Source: Eledone cirrhosa (Eukaryota). Taken from it: a stretch of DNA of 64,000 nt. Both the position numbers and the translations under genes were made by a program. The stretch lies in contig OZ024741.1 of NCBI GenBank assembly GCA_964016885.1, positions 263,748,001 through 263,812,000 of the forward strand, read 5' to 3'. Shown piece after piece: positions 13,953 through 29,499 of the stretch; the first letter of the stretch is position 1; each line of letters starts with the position of its first letter. The notes beneath the pieces were generated by a model that saw nothing but the letters and a program-made list of their open reading frames with translations, was not told the DNA's origin and did not search any database.

Positions 13953-14469
13953 ATCCGAGTTAGATTGGGAGTTAACCGCAATGGATAAGGTATTCAAAAC
14001 ATTAGTAAAGTGAAAACACTGCTGATGATTTCATAGGAATGAAACAGTTCTAGTCCTGTAGAAACCATTTCTATATTGAATTTTTGAGAGAGGGCGCGCA
14101 CACACACGTACGCGCGCGCGTACGTACGTACGTACGTTGATGCTTATAAGTTATAACTAAGATAAAGTCCTACATGAGCAGTAATGGATTATTCTATCAG
14201 CATTCCTGTGGTGCCTTTGTTTCTGAGTAAAGTAGGAGGAGGCTATCTAAGAGGAAATCTCCGTCACCCCCTCTAACCTCCGTCACCCCCTCTAACCTCC
14301 CACCCATATGTCTGCCAATCAACACAATATCTATTATAGCCCTGTCCTGTCCTTCAGACTTCAGTTTGACTGTTGAATTCCAGCTAGGTTTTGGGTGAGA
14401 ACAGGGCGGTTGAGTGGTAGATTTAATTAAGGTGGCAGTGTGAGGGTGGTATTTGAGTGGTGTGAGCAG

Positions 14470-14541
<72 letters not shown>

Positions 14542-15696
14542 TGTAGTGTAGTGTAGTGTTAGTATTCTGGGTGAAGACAAGGATGTGTGAGTATGTGTGG
14601 TGTTGTTTTTGTCTAAGCCTAAATCAGCTGCATTGTTGTTTTTACTCAGAACATCATTGTAATGATTTAGCAGAAAAATGTCCAAAAATGAGCCTGTTAA
14701 TTGAAATGTTTATAGTAAATTTGCAGTAAATTAAACTAGACTTTAATTTTTAATATGATGCAGTCATAGTGCTATTTTGCACTTTTTAAGACTTACTTAC
14801 TAGATAATGTGGTTCCATAGATAATGTGGTTCCATGTGGTTTTAGCAGAAAATATTAAAAAATGAGTTTAATTCAAATGTTTATAGTATCTTTACTGGTA
14901 AACTGCTGTGGAAATTTGCAGTAAACTAATGTGGTTCCATGTGGTATAGGACGGTGTATTAAAGTTGGTATTGTGGTACATTGAGGTAGATTTAGCTACT
15001 TCATATAAATATGTAGAGAAATATATTCACTGAGTTGTGTGGTATCTCTTCAAAAAACATTCAGATCTTTGTAGTGTAGTTTTTTTCTTCTTCTTTCTTG
15101 GCTAGGGCCCAGCAACTCCACAAATCATTGAATTGGCAGACTTGTTAGAATGTTAGATTAAATGCCTCGCATATTTGTTCAAGCTGTCTGTGGTCTTAGT
15201 TCAAATTCCACTGAGGCCAACTTTGACTTTCAACCCACTGGGGCGGGGACGAAGTGGGGGCGATAAATAATACAAAAAAAAAAAGAATCGGTCGGTTGAG
15301 ATATATTGTGGTATTTTTCTGGCTCTGTGCATTTAAAAATTGAAATCCTGCTTTCTATTGTTGTAATAGTGGTTGGCATAATAGGGCGCGGAGGGGGGGA
15401 TCAGTTAGTTAAGGTGTTTAACTGGAAGGGCATGTGTTCAATCCCCCAGCAGTGTGTTTACTTGAGCAAGATACTTTATTTCATGTTGTTCCAGTCCACG
15501 TAGCTGGTAAAACTGAGTTGTACAAGCCTTGTCACACACTGTCTCATGCTGAATCTTCCTGAGAACTACATTAAGGACACACGTGTCTGTGGAATGCTCA
15601 GCCACTTACATGTTAATTTTATGAGCAGGCTGTTCTGGTGATCAAAGAATTAGAATATTCATCGTCGAAACCGTGGCGGTTCATTCTTCTGTCTGT

Positions 15697-15732
<36 letters not shown>

Positions 15733-16232
15733 ACATGTGTATGTGTACATACGTGTGTGTGTGTGTATGTGTGTATATTGCGTATGTGTGTGCACATACA
15801 TATGTGTGTGTGTGTGTATGTATGTATGTGTGTTTGTGTGCACATGTGTATGTGTACATACATGTGTGTGCACATGCATATGTGTATATACATGTATGTG
15901 TGTATATTGCATATGTACATGTATGTGTTTGAGTGTATGTGTGTACATGTGCATATGTGCATGTATGTTTTTGTTTATATATGCATGTGCACATGTGTGT
16001 AACCATGTGAGTCTGCATGTATGTGTGTATATACGTGTATGTGTGTGTAATCATGTGAGTGTGTGTTTGTGTATGCGTATATATGTGTGTATGTAACCAT
16101 ATGCATGTGGTCATGTATGTGTATATGTAACCGTGTGATTGTGGTAGGGAATCTTGATATTCTTTGTTGAAATCAATTGTGTAAAGACATCTGTTCTGTG
16201 ATGTTCCTAACTCAGCCTTGGGAGATTAGTGG

Positions 16233-16235
<3 letters not shown>

Positions 16236-16295
<60 letters not shown>

Positions 16296-16562
16296 TAGGT
16301 GTGTGTGTGTGTGTTAGGTGTGTGTGTGTGTGTGTGTGTGTGTAGGTAGGTATATGCGCGCGTGTGTGTGGGTAGGTATATGTGTGTAGGTAGGTAGGTA
16401 TATGTGTGTGTGTACAGATGTAGGTATATGTGTGTGTGTGTACAGATGTAGGTATATGTGTGTGTACAGATGTAGGTATATGTGTGTACAGATGTAGGTA
16501 TATGTGTGTGTGTACAGATGTAGGTACATGTGTGTGTGTGTGTGTGTGTGTACAGATGTAGG

Positions 16563-16597
<35 letters not shown>

Positions 16598-17372
16598 ATG
16601 TAGGTACATGTGTATGTGTACAGATGTAGGTATGTGTGTGTGTGTGTACAGATGTAGGTATGTGTGTACAGATGTAGGTATATGTGTGTGTGTGTGTGTA
16701 CATATGTAGGTATATGTGTGTGTGTACAGATGTAGGTATATGTGTGTGTGTACAGATGTAGGTATATGTGTGTGTGTACAGATGTAGGTATATGTGTGTG
16801 TGTACAGATGTAGGTATATGTGTGTGTGTACAGATGTAGGTATATGTGTGTGTGTACAGATGTAGGTATGTGTGTGTACAGATGTAGGTATATGTGTGTG
16901 TGTGTACATATGTAGGTATATGTGTGTGTGTGTACAGATGTAGGTACATGTGTGTGTGTGTGTACAGATGTAGGTACATGTGTGTGTGTGTACAGATGTA
17001 GGTACATGTGTGTGTGTACAGATGTAGGTACATGTGTGTGTGTACAGATGTAGGTACATGTGTGTGTGTACAGATGTAGGTACATGTGTGTGTGTACAGA
17101 TGTAGGTATGTGTGTGTGTGTGTACAGATGTAGGTACATGTGTGTGTATACAGATGTAGGTACATGTGTGTGTGTACAGATGTAGGTACATGTGTGTGTG
17201 TACAGATGTAGGTATATGTGTGTGTACAGATGTAGGTACATGTGTGTGTGTGTACAGATGTAGGTACATGTGTGTGTGTGTACAGATGTAGGTACATGTG
17301 TGTGTGTGTACATATGTAGGTACATGTGTGCGTGTGTACAGATGTAGGTATATGTGTGTGTGTGTACAGATG

Positions 17373-17453
<81 letters not shown>

Positions 17454-17470
17454 AGATGTAGGTATATGCA
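16236..17470. repeat. composite minisatellite: tacagatgtaggta(c/t)a plus variable (TG)n
   Basis: About 40 units of a fixed ~16-nt core separated by TG runs of variable length. Confidence 0.9.
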
Positions 17471-17638
17471 TGCGTATATATTATGTGCTTATAATTCAAA
17501 ACTGAAGTGAATTTCTTAATGACACAGCCATGCCTAAATCACCCCCCCCTCTTTCTTTCTCTTTCTTTCTTTCTCTCTCTCTCTCTCCCTCACACGTAGA
17601 CACATACACAATGAATTACTATGTTTTATATATGTATT

Positions 17639-17699
<61 letters not shown>

Positions 17700-17889
17700 T
17701 AGTGTGTGTCTGTGTGTGGTTTCTGAAAAGTAGAGAGGAAGGCAAAGGTGACAGGTATTGTTTAGTGCAATATCAATGGAACACACACAATAACAATATA
17801 CATGTACTCTCTCACATGCAAACACACACACACTCAGAACAATATACATCTATTCTCGCACATGCAGACACATACAGAACAATATACAT

Positions 17890-17942
<53 letters not shown>

Positions 17943-17958
17943 CTCTCTCTCTCTCTCG

Positions 17959-18005
<47 letters not shown>

Positions 18006-18114
18006 CAACAATATACATGCACTCTCTCACATGCAAACACACACACACACACACTCAGAACAATATACATCTATTCTCGCACATGCAGACACATACACAT
18101 ACAGAACAATATAC

Positions 18115-18187
<73 letters not shown>

Positions 18188-18274
18188 GAGAACAATATAC
18201 ATGTACTCTCACACAGGCAAATACACACACTGAACAATATATATGTACTCTCACACACACACACACGTTTACAC

Positions 18275-18309
<35 letters not shown>

Positions 18310-18517
18310 ATGTAAACACAGTTACACAGAATAACATAGATGCACATGAATATAAACACACACACACAAGCACACATACAGACACATAGGCACATACTTA
18401 CATACATACTATATTTCCTCTCAAAGAAAGCAGACTTTGTAAAAGCCTGAACACTGCACTGGCTGTTACTGAGGTGGTGGTGGTGGAGGGGCTAACTTAG
18501 AGACTTGACATGATTTG

Positions 18518-21500
18518 TGATGATGGTGGTAGTATGATGTTAGTGATGATGGTGGTAGTAGTATGATGTTAGTGATGATGGTGGCAGTATGATGTTAGTG
18601 ATGATGGTGGTAGTATGATGTTAGTGATGATGGTGGTAGTATGATGTTAGTGATGATGGTGGTAGTAGTATGATGTTAGTGATGATGGTGGTAGTATGAT
18701 GTTAGTGATGATGGTGGTAGTATGATGTTAGTGATGATGGTGGTAGTATGATGTTAGTGATGATGGTGGTAGTAGTATGATGTTAGTGATGATGGTGGTA
18801 GTAGTATGATGTTAGTGATGATGGTGGTAGTAGTATGATGTTAGTGATGATGGTGGTAGTAGTATGATGTTAGTGATGATGGTAGTAGTATGATGTTAGT
18901 GATGATGGTGGCAGTATGATGTTAGTGATGATGGTGGTAGTATGCTGTTAGTGATGATGGTGGTAGTATGATGTTAGTGATGATGGTGGTAGTATGATAT
19001 TAGTGATGATGGTGGTAGTATGATGTTAGTGATGATGGTGGTAGTAGTATGATGTTAGTGATGATGGTGGTAGTAGTATGATGTTAGTGATGATGGTGGT
19101 AGTATGATGTTAGTGATGATGGTGGTAGTAGTATGATGTTAGTGATGATGGTGGTAGTATGATGTTAGTGATGATGGTGGTAGTATGATGTTAGTGATGA
19201 TGGTGGTAGTAGTATGATGTTAGTGATGATGGTAGCAGTATGATGTTAGTGATGATGGTGGTAGTAGTATGATGTTAGTGATGATGGTGGTAGTATGATG
19301 GTGGTAGTATGATGTTAGTGATGATGGTGGTAGTAGTATGATGTTAGTGATGATGGTGGTAGTATGATGTTAGTGATGATGGTGGTAGTAGTATGATGTT
19401 AGTGATGATGGTAGCAGTATGATGTTAGTGATGATGGTGGTAGTAGTATGATGTTAGTATGATGTTAGTGATGATGGTGGTAGTATGATGTTAGTGATGA
19501 TGGTGGTAGTATGATGTTAGTGATGATGGTGGTAGTAGTATGATGTTAGTGATGATGGTGGTAGTATGATGTTAGTGATGATGGTGGTAGTAGTATGATG
19601 TTAGTGATGATGGTGGTAGTAGTATGATGTTAGTGATGATGGTGGTAGTAGTATGATGTTAGTGATGATGGTGGTAGTAGTATGATGTTAGTGATGATGG
19701 TGGTAGTAGTATGATGTTAGTGATGATGGTGGTAGTAGTATGATGTTAGTGATGATGGTGGTAGTATGATGTTAGTGATGATGGTGGTAGTAGTATGATG
19801 TTAGTGATGATGGTGGTAGTAGTATGATGTTAGTGATGATGGTGGTAGTATGATGTTAGTGATGATGGTGGTAGTAGTATGATGTTAGTGATGATGGTGG
19901 TAGTAGTATGATGTTAGTGATGATGGTAGTAGTATGATGTTAGTGATGATGGTGGTAGTAGTATGATGTTAGTGATGATGGTAGTAGTATGATGTTAGTG
20001 ATGATGGTGGTAGTATGATGTTAGTGATGATGGTGGTAGTAGTATGATGTTAGTGATGATGGTGGCAGTATGATGTTAGTATGATGTTAGTGATGATGGT
20101 GGTAGTAGTATGATGTTAGTGATGATGGTGGTAGTATGCTGTTAGTGATGATGGTGGTAGTATGATGGTGGTAGTATGATGTTAGTGATGATGGTGGTAG
20201 TAGTATGATGTTAGTGATGATGGTGGTAGTAGTATGATGTTAGTGATGATGGTGGTAGTATGATGTTAGTGATGATGGTGGTAGTAGTATGATGTTAGTG
20301 ATGATGGTGGTAGTAGTATGATGTTAGTGATGATGGTGGTAGTATGATGTTAGTGATGATGGTGGCAGTATGATGTTAGTGATGATGGTGGTAGTATGAT
20401 GTTAGTGATGATGGTGGTAGTATGATGTTAGTGATGATGGTGGTAGTAGTATGATGTTAGTGATGATGGTGGTAGTATGATGTTAGTGATGATGGTGGTA
20501 GTAGTATGATGTTAGTGATGATGGTGGTAGTATGCTGTTAGTGATGATGGTGGTAGTATGATGTTAGTGATGATGGTGGTAGTAGTATGATGTTAGTGAT
20601 GATGGTGGTAGTATGCTGTTAGTGATGATGGTGGTAGTATGATGTTAGTGATGATGGTGGTAGCAGTATGATGTTAGTGATGATGGTGGTAGTATGATGT
20701 TAGTGATGATGGTGGTAGTATGATGTTAGTGATGATGGTGGTAGTATGATGTTAGTGATGATGGTGGTAGTAGTATGATGTTAGTGATGATGGTGGTAGT
20801 ATGATGTTAGTGATGATGGTGGTAGTATGATGTTAGTGATGATGGTGGTAGTATGATGTTAGTGATGATGGTGGTAGTATGATGTTAGTGATGATGGTGG
20901 TAGTAGTATGATGTTAGTGATGATGGTGGTAGTATGATGTTAGTGATGATGGTGGTAGTAGTATGATGTTAGTGATGATGGTGGTAGTATGATGTTAGTG
21001 ATGATGGTGGCAGTATGATGTTAGTGATGATGGTGGTAGTAGTATGATGTTAGTGATGATGGTGGTAGTAGTATGATGTTAGTGATGATGGTGGTAGTAT
21101 GATGTTAGTGATGATGGTGGTAGTATGATGTTAGTGATGATGGTGGTAGTATGATGTTAGTGATGATGGTGGTAGTATGATGTTAGTGATGATGGTGGTA
21201 GTATGATGTTAGTGATGATGGTGGTAGTATGATGTTAGTGATGATGGTGGTAGTATGATGTTAGTGATGATGGTGGCAGTATGATGTTAGTGATGATGGT
21301 GGTAGTAGTATGATGTTAGTGATGATGGTGGTAGTATGCTGTTAGTGATGATGGTGGTAGTATGATGTTAGTGATGATGGTGGTAGTAGTATGATGTTAG
21401 TGATGATGGTGGTAGTATGATGTTAGTGATGATGGTGGTAGTATGATGTTAGTGATGATGGTGGTAGTATGATGTTAGTGATGATGGTGGTAGTAGTATG

Positions 21501-24210
21501 ATGTTAGTGATGGTGGTAGTAGTATGCTGTTAGTGATGATGGTGGTAGTATGATGTTAGTGATGATGGTGGTAGTATGATGTTAGTGATGATGGTGGTAG
21601 TAGTATGATGTTAGTGATGATGGTGGTAGTATGCTGTTAGTGATGATGGTGGTAGTATGATGTTAGTGATGATGGTGGTAGTATGATGTTAGTGATGATG
21701 GTGGTAGTATGATGTTAGTGATGATGGTGGTAGTATGATGTTAGTGATGATGGTGGTAGTATGATGTTAGTGATGATGGTGGTAGTATGCTGTTAGTGAT
21801 GATGGTGGTAGTATGATGTTAGTGATGATGGTGGTAGTATGATGTTAGTGATGATGGTGGTAGTATGATGTTAGTGATGATGGTGGTAGTAGTATGATGT
21901 TAGTGGTGATGGTGGTAGTATGATGTTAGTGATGATGGTGGTAGTAGTATGATGTTAGTGATGATGGTGGTAGTATGATGTTAGTGATGATGGTGGTAGT
22001 ATGATGTTAGTGATGATGGTGGTAGTATGCTGTTAGTGATGATGGTGGTAGTATGCTGTTAGTGATGATGGTGGTAGTATGCTGTTAGTGATGATGGTGG
22101 TAGTATGCTGTTAGTGATGATGGTGGTAGTATGATGTTAGTGATGATGGTGGTAGTATGATGTTAGTGATGATGGTGGTAGTATGATGTTAGTGATGATG
22201 GTGGTAGTATGATGTTAGTGATGATGGTGGTAGTATGATGTTAGTGATGATGGTGGTAGTATGCTGTTAGTGATGATGGTGGTAGTATGATGTTAGTGAT
22301 GATGGTGGTAGTATGATGTTAGTGATGATGGTGGTAGTATGATGTTAGTGATGATGGTGGTAGTATGATGTTAGTGATGATGGTGGTAGTATGATTTTAG
22401 TGATGATGGTGGTAGTAGTATGATGTTAGTGATGATGGTGGTAGTAGTATGATGTTAGTGATGATGGTGGTAGTAGTATGATGTTAGTGATGATGGTGGT
22501 AGTATGCTGTTAGTGATGATGGTGGTAGTAGTATGATGTTAGTGATGATGTTGGTAGTATTATGTTAGTGATGATGGTGGTAGTATGATGTTAGTGATGA
22601 TGGTGGTAGTATGATGTTAGTGATGATGGTGGTAGTATGATGTTAGTGATGATGGTGGTAGTATGATGTTAGTGATGATGGTGGTAGTATGATGTTAGTG
22701 ATGATCGTGGTAGTATGATGTTAGTGATGATGGTGGTAGTATGATGTTAGTGATGATGGTGGTAGTATGATGTTAGTGATGATGGTGGTAGTATGATGTT
22801 AGTGATGATGGTGGTAGTAGTATGATGTTAGTGATGATGGTGGTAGTATGATGTTAGTGATGATGGTGGTAGTATGATGTTAGTGATGATGGTGGTAGTA
22901 TGATGTTAGTGATGATGGTGGTAGTAGTATGATGTTAGTGATGATGGTGGTAGTATGATGTTAGTGATGATGGTGGTAGTATGATGTTAGTGATGATGGT
23001 GGTAGTATGATGTTAGTGATGATGGTGGTAGTAGTATGATGTTAGTGATGATGGTGGTAGTATGATGTTAGTGATGATGGTGGTAGTATGATGTTAGTGA
23101 TGATGGTGGTAGTAGTATGATGTTAGTGATGATGGTGGTAGTATGATGTTAGTGATGATGGTGGTAGTATGATGTTAGTGATGATGGTGGTAGTAGTATG
23201 ATGTTAGTGATGATGGTGGTAGTATGATGTTAGTGATGATGGTGGTAGTATGATGTTAGTGATGATGGTGGTAGTATGATGTTAGTGATGATGGTGGTAG
23301 TATGATGTTAGTGATGATGGTGGTAGTATGATGTTAGTGATGATGGTGGTAGTATGATGTTAGTGATGATGGTGGTAGTAGTATGATGTTAGTGATGATG
23401 GTGGTAGTATGATGTTAGTGATGATGGTGGTAGTATGATGTTAGTGATGATGGTGGTAGTATGATGTTAGTGATGATGGTGGTAGTATGATGTTAGTGAT
23501 GATGGTGGTAGTAGTATGATGTTAGTGATGATGGTGGTAGTATGATGTTAGTGATGATGGTGGTAGTATGATGTTAGTGATGATGGTGGTAGTATGATGT
23601 TAGTGATGATGGTGGTAGTATGATGTTAGTGATGATGGTGGTAGTAGTATGATGTTAGTGATGATGGTGGTAGTATGATGTTAGTGATGATGGTGGTAGT
23701 ATGATGTTAGTGATGATGGTGGTAGTATGATGTTAGTGATGATGGTGGTAGTATGATGTTAGTGATGATGGTGGTAGTATGATGTTAGTGATGATGGTGG
23801 TAGTAGTATGATGTTAGTGATGATGGTGGTAGTAGTATGCTGTTAGTGATGATGGTGGCAGTATGATGTTAGTGATGATGGTGGTAGTATGATGTTAGTG
23901 ATGATGGTGGTAGTATGATGTTAGTGATGATGGTGGTAGTAGTATGATGTTAGTGATGATGGTGGTAGTATGATGTTAGTGATGATGGTGGTAGTATGAT
24001 GTTAGTGATGATGGTGGTAGTAGTATGATGTTAGTGATGATGGTGGTAGTAGTATGCTGTTAGTGATGATGGTGGCAGTATGATGTTAGTGATGATGGTG
24101 GTAGTATGATGTTAGTGATGATGGTGGCAGTATGATGTTAGTGATGATGATGGTGGTGTGAGTGATGATGTTAGTGATGATGATGGTGGTGTTAGTGATG
24201 ATGGTGGCAG
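18518..24210. repeat. 5.6-kb minisatellite of 26/29-bp units
   Basis: Unit tgatgatggtggtag(tag)tatgatgttag, roughly 200 copies, with sporadic variants (atgctg, ggcagt). Confidence 0.98.
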
Positions 24211-26194
24211 GATAATGATGATGGTATGATTTGATGATTGTAGTGGTGTAGGTGGTGGTGGTATTATGGTGTTGATGGTATGATTGTGATGAGTAATATA
24301 GGAGTGGCAGCACTAACTGGAATATCTGTAGTGTTGGTCATTAGGAAAGGAGTGCTACTACTCTTGGCAGTGATATACATACCACCACCACCATAACCTT
24401 TAATTTTCTTCCTCTTGTTGTTGTTGTGTAAGATGAGGTCCCTCTCTCTGACTCCTCTACTTTCAACCCATGCCAGCATGGAAACTGACTCAAATGATAA
24501 TGAGGATAGTGTACGTATCCCAGTTATTACAATAGGTACACTGTATCCCTGTGTAGGGAGGTCATCCTGGGTTAAGAAAAATGCTTCAAATACTCCCGTC
24601 CAGCCCATGCCAGCATGACAAAGTCTACATAAACATGAGGATGATGATATCAAGAACTACATTATCCAATGACTTATTTTTTAAATATAATGTGGTGCAA
24701 TGTGAGGGTTGATTTGGCTGCTATTTCTAACAGACTGAATGACCACATTAAGCAAAGTTTCCCATCTTGGGGTTAAATTTTGCCTGCTTCAGGGGGTTAA
24801 AACACTCAGATCCCTGGCTTGTCTGGGAGATCAATAGCCACCACTTCAGTACTGACTTGGTCTATGTAGACCTGTCCAACCCTTTCTAACAGGGAATACG
24901 AATGTTAAAATGTCAATGATATATATATATAACAAAGGTTCTTACATGATGGAAAGTTTTTTTGATATAAAAAGTACACTTGGTAAAGTGGTAGAGCTGG
25001 TTCTATGATAAAATACACCCAGTTCACCGTGCAAAGTTTTTGGCACTAGGAAGGGCATCTAACCATGCCACTATATGCCACGCTAAATTACCAGACATAA
25101 TAGTTTGTCACTCACACACACACGCACACACAGATATGTGTGCACACGCACACACACTGTCATGCAAACACACGCACTGATACACACACATGCACAGACA
25201 GACTGACACACATGTGCACACAAACACACACACACTGTCACAGTGTCATGCAGACAGGACAGACATACAGACAGACAAATGCACAGACACATATATGATG
25301 GGATTTTGCACTGTTTCCATCTACTAAATTCTACTCCCAAGGTACTGGTCAAGCTGAGGCTATAGTGAAAGACGCTTGGTCAAAATACCATGCAGTTGTA
25401 CTGCCTCTAAAACTATGTTGTTACAACTCAAACTCCTTATCACTCATCCATGTCTGCCCCTAAAACCACATTGTTACAACTGAAACCCCTTAACTACACA
25501 GCTATGTCTGCTCTTAAAACCATATTGCTTAACTTGGGCCTCTTACCACACAGCCATGTCTGCTCCTGCAATGGTTAGTATTCTTCTCAACATTTGTGTT
25601 TAACATCAGGGTTCCTACATGGCTAGACAAGTTTAGGATGCATGTGTATTTATTTGGTCAGCCTTAGAGTGAGGTGTGTATCCTTGTTCATGAACCCTTT
25701 TCCCTTCCCTGCTGTTAATCAAATTCAGGGTTAGTGTGTACTTTCTAGCTGAGTGGGGTGGGTTGAAGTTAGGAATGAGTGACCTCAATTTCAAAAGTAC
25801 TCACAGCCTCATGTTGTGATGGACACCCCTGCCCCCAAATTGCCGACCTTGTGCCTACAGTATCATTATCATCATCATCATCATCATCATCATCAGTAAT
25901 GACATAATCACCATTCTCCTCTTCCACTGCCTCCTCCTCACCACCATTCACCTCCCTATCTTTCTCAATCTTGTTTTGCTTTTGTATTTCTCTTCCTCCC
26001 TCACTCTCTCATACCCCCCTATCTCCCTCCTCTCACTGACACCCTACTCCCACCTATCCTTATTTTTCCCTGTCTCTCTCTCTCTTCTCCACCATTGTAT
26101 CTCTTTCTCTGTCTCTCTCCTTATTCTCCTCACACAGCTCCCAATTCTGCTCATCAACATTTCAGCTGAGTCTTGAAGGATGATGTCAGTTGAA

Positions 26195-26630
26195 GTGATA
26201 GAGAGAGAGACAAGAGAAGATGGTGAGATGGAGAAAGATGAGGGAGGGAGAGAGAGGGAGAGAGAGAGAGAGAGAGGGGGAGAGAGAGAGAGAGACGAGG
26301 GAGAAAACTAGATGGAGAGAGAGAGACGAGAGATAGAGAGAGACGAGGGAGAGAGATAGAGAGATGGACGAGAGAGAGAGAGAGAGAGAGAGACAAGAGA
26401 GATAAGAGAGATAGAGAGATGGACGAGAGAGAGAACTAGATGGAGAGAGAGAGAGAGACAAGAGAGATAGAGAGATGGAGAGAGAGACAAGAGAGAACTA
26501 GATATGGAGACAAGGGAGAGAACTAGATCTGAAGAGACACAATGGAGAGATGGACAAAACAGAGAGAGCTAGATAGAGAAAGAGAGATAACTAGAGAGAG
26601 AGAGAGAGATGGATAGATTGAAAGAATGAA

Positions 26631-26661
<31 letters not shown>

Positions 26662-26704
26662 TAGAGAAATGGAGAAATAGAGATAGGGAGAGTGTGACAG
26701 TAAC

Positions 26705-26745
<41 letters not shown>
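26195..26745. repeat. GA-rich low-complexity repeat
   Basis: (GA)n with gata/gatg/gacg interruptions. Confidence 0.85.
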
Positions 26746-26967
26746 AGGGAGGTGAGAACACTTGTCTGACTGAAGGGCATGGTAAGAGCAACTGAGCTGT
26801 AAGAGGGGTGTGTGGAGACAAGGGTGGAGAATGAAGCAGCATGTACAAGCCCCCACCCCTCTCTCTCTACCCGACCCATATAGTGCCATCAAATTCTTCC
26901 TCCCACCTTTATCCTTTTCTCCATATGGTGCCATCCAGTTCCTGATACAAACCATCACCCATCTTTT

Positions 26968-27245
26968 TAACCATCATCACTACCACTATAACCATCATCA
27001 CTACCACTATAACCATCATTACTACCACTATAACCATCATTACCATCACTGCCACCACTATCTATAACCATCATCGCCCACCACTATAACCATCATTACC
27101 CACCACTATAACCATCATCACCCACCACTATAACCATCATCACCCACCACTATAACCATCATCACCCACCACTATAACCATCATCACCCACCACTATAAC
27201 CATCATCACCCACCACAACCACCATCATCACCACCACCACCATTA
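26968..27245. repeat. 21-bp minisatellite
   Basis: Unit aaccatcatcacccaccactat-like, ~11 copies. Confidence 0.85.
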
Positions 27246-28159
27246 CAAAACCATCATAACTCCTACTGCCTTTTCTGCTGCATCTGCTACTACTGTTTCT
27301 GCTATTGTCACTGTTGTTGCAGCTGCTGCTGCTATTGCTGCTGCTGCTGCTGTTGTTGTTGTTGCAGCTGCTGTTGATGTTAGTGAAGTTGACTGGCAAT
27401 GACATCATCATCATTGTTGTGTTGTTGTGTATGACAACGATGAGACATGAAATGAGAGGAGATGATGAAATACATCACCACCATCACCACTACCATCACC
27501 ATCATCATCATCATCATCATCTCTTCCAGCATCACCGTCATTATCACCATTATCACCCTCATCATTCTTGTCATCATTATCACCTCATCATCATCGTTGG
27601 CAACATCACTATTGTCACCATCATCATCCTCGTTGGCACCATCACCATCATCATCCTCGTTGGCACCATCACCATTATCATCATCAGCACCATCATCCTC
27701 ACCACCTCCGTCATCACCATTATCACCATCAGCATCACATCATCTTTTTTTTAATGTCCACTTTTTCACATTTGCAGAGATGGGTTGGATAGGTAAAACA
27801 ATAAATTTAACACACACACAGTAACCATAACACACACACACACACAGTGAGGATACCACTCACAGTAATCCTACCATACACACGCATGCACACATAGTAA
27901 TCATACCACACACACATACACACACAGTAATCATACCACACACACACACACAGTAATCATACCACACACACACACACAGTAATCATACCACACACACAGT
28001 AATCATACCATATGCACACACACACACAGTAATCATGCTACCACAACCATTCCTACAAAAACATCCACCTTGACCTCAGCTGCCCCTATCTCAACCCCAC
28101 TCCCATTGCCTCATCTTGATATCAGTTACAACCTTGACCTCAGATCCCCCACTCTGACT

Positions 28160-28430
28160 TCAGTTGCCTCACCTTGACATTGGACCCACCACCTTGACCT
28201 CAGTTGCCTCACTTTGACATTGGACCCACCACCTTGACCTCAGTTGCCTCACCTTGACATTGGACCCACCACCTTGACCTCGGACCCACCGCCTTGACAT
28301 TGGACCCACCACCTTGACCTCAGTTGCCTCACCTTGACATTGGACCCACCACCTTGACATTGGACCCACCACCTTGACCTCGGACCCACCACCTTGACAT
28401 TGGACCCACCACCTTGACCAGACCCACCAA
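28160..28430. repeat. modular ~21-bp minisatellite
   Basis: Interspersed units ccttgacattggacccaccac and ccttgacctcagttgcctcac, plus hybrid units. Confidence 0.85.
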
Positions 28431-28514
28431 ATTACCCCCTCCCACCGTGACTTCAGCCCATCTTGACAATTGACCTTCCACTTGACCCCCACCTCCCAAT
28501 TAAATGTAAATAAT

Positions 28515-28712
28515 AATGGTTTCTGATTGAGGCACAAGGCCAACAATTTGAAGGGGCGGGGGTGTAGGGTCGATTAAATCGACTCCAGTGCGTTACTGGT
28601 ACTTTGTTATTGACTCTGCAAGGATGAAAGGCAAAGCTAACTAACCTCAGTGGGATTTGAACTCAGAACATAAAGGACCGTAACTCTATGCCATAAAGCA
28701 TGTCTGACAATT
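28515..28712 (-). mobile_element. family A SINE
   Basis: ggcacaaggcc...ggatgaaaggcaaag...gggatttgaactcagaac. Confidence 0.75.
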
Positions 28713-28787
28713 AAATTCCCTCCAAAAGCAAACATCATCAAATGGTATTAATGCTGTTTTGATGGAGGTGAGTTTATTGTGGCCTGT

Positions 28788-29023
<236 letters not shown>

Positions 29024-29499
29024 ACTGGGATGTATAGCTTGGTGGAAGTGGTGGTGGTGGGTTGATAGTAGCGATGATGGAGGTGGGGTTGGTGGTGGTG
29101 GTTTGGTTGATTATAGTGGTGGTGGTGACTCTGATTGTAGTGGTGGTAGTAGCAGTGGTGATGTGTAATGGTTGTGGTGTTTTACATGCATACACATCAC
29201 TGGCATTGGTAGTGGTGATGGTGTTGCTGTTGGTAGCAGTGATTTGTAGTGGGGGTGTGTAATGGTTAGGGTGCTCTGTTGTCACACATACATGCACTCA
29301 CTCACCACTGGCTCTGATATATAGAGCTAGGAGTTTGGTGGTGGTGGTGCTAATAGTAGTTATGGTAGTGGTGGTGTTGCTGATGATAGTAGTGATGTGT
29401 AGTAGTGGTGTATAATGATTGTATCTAGTGGTTGTGTAATGGTGGCTGTGCTGTGTTGTCACATACACACACGCACACAGCTCTGGCACTGAGAGATGT

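Noticed and set aside
14106-14137. Palindromic acgtacgcgcgcgcgtacgt and (tacg)n
   Set aside because: Explained by simple-repeat slippage.
27184-27414. Minus-strand Ser/Asn-rich ORF resembling the protein at the window end
   Set aside because: Short, embedded in triplet repeats, and no clear splice sites.
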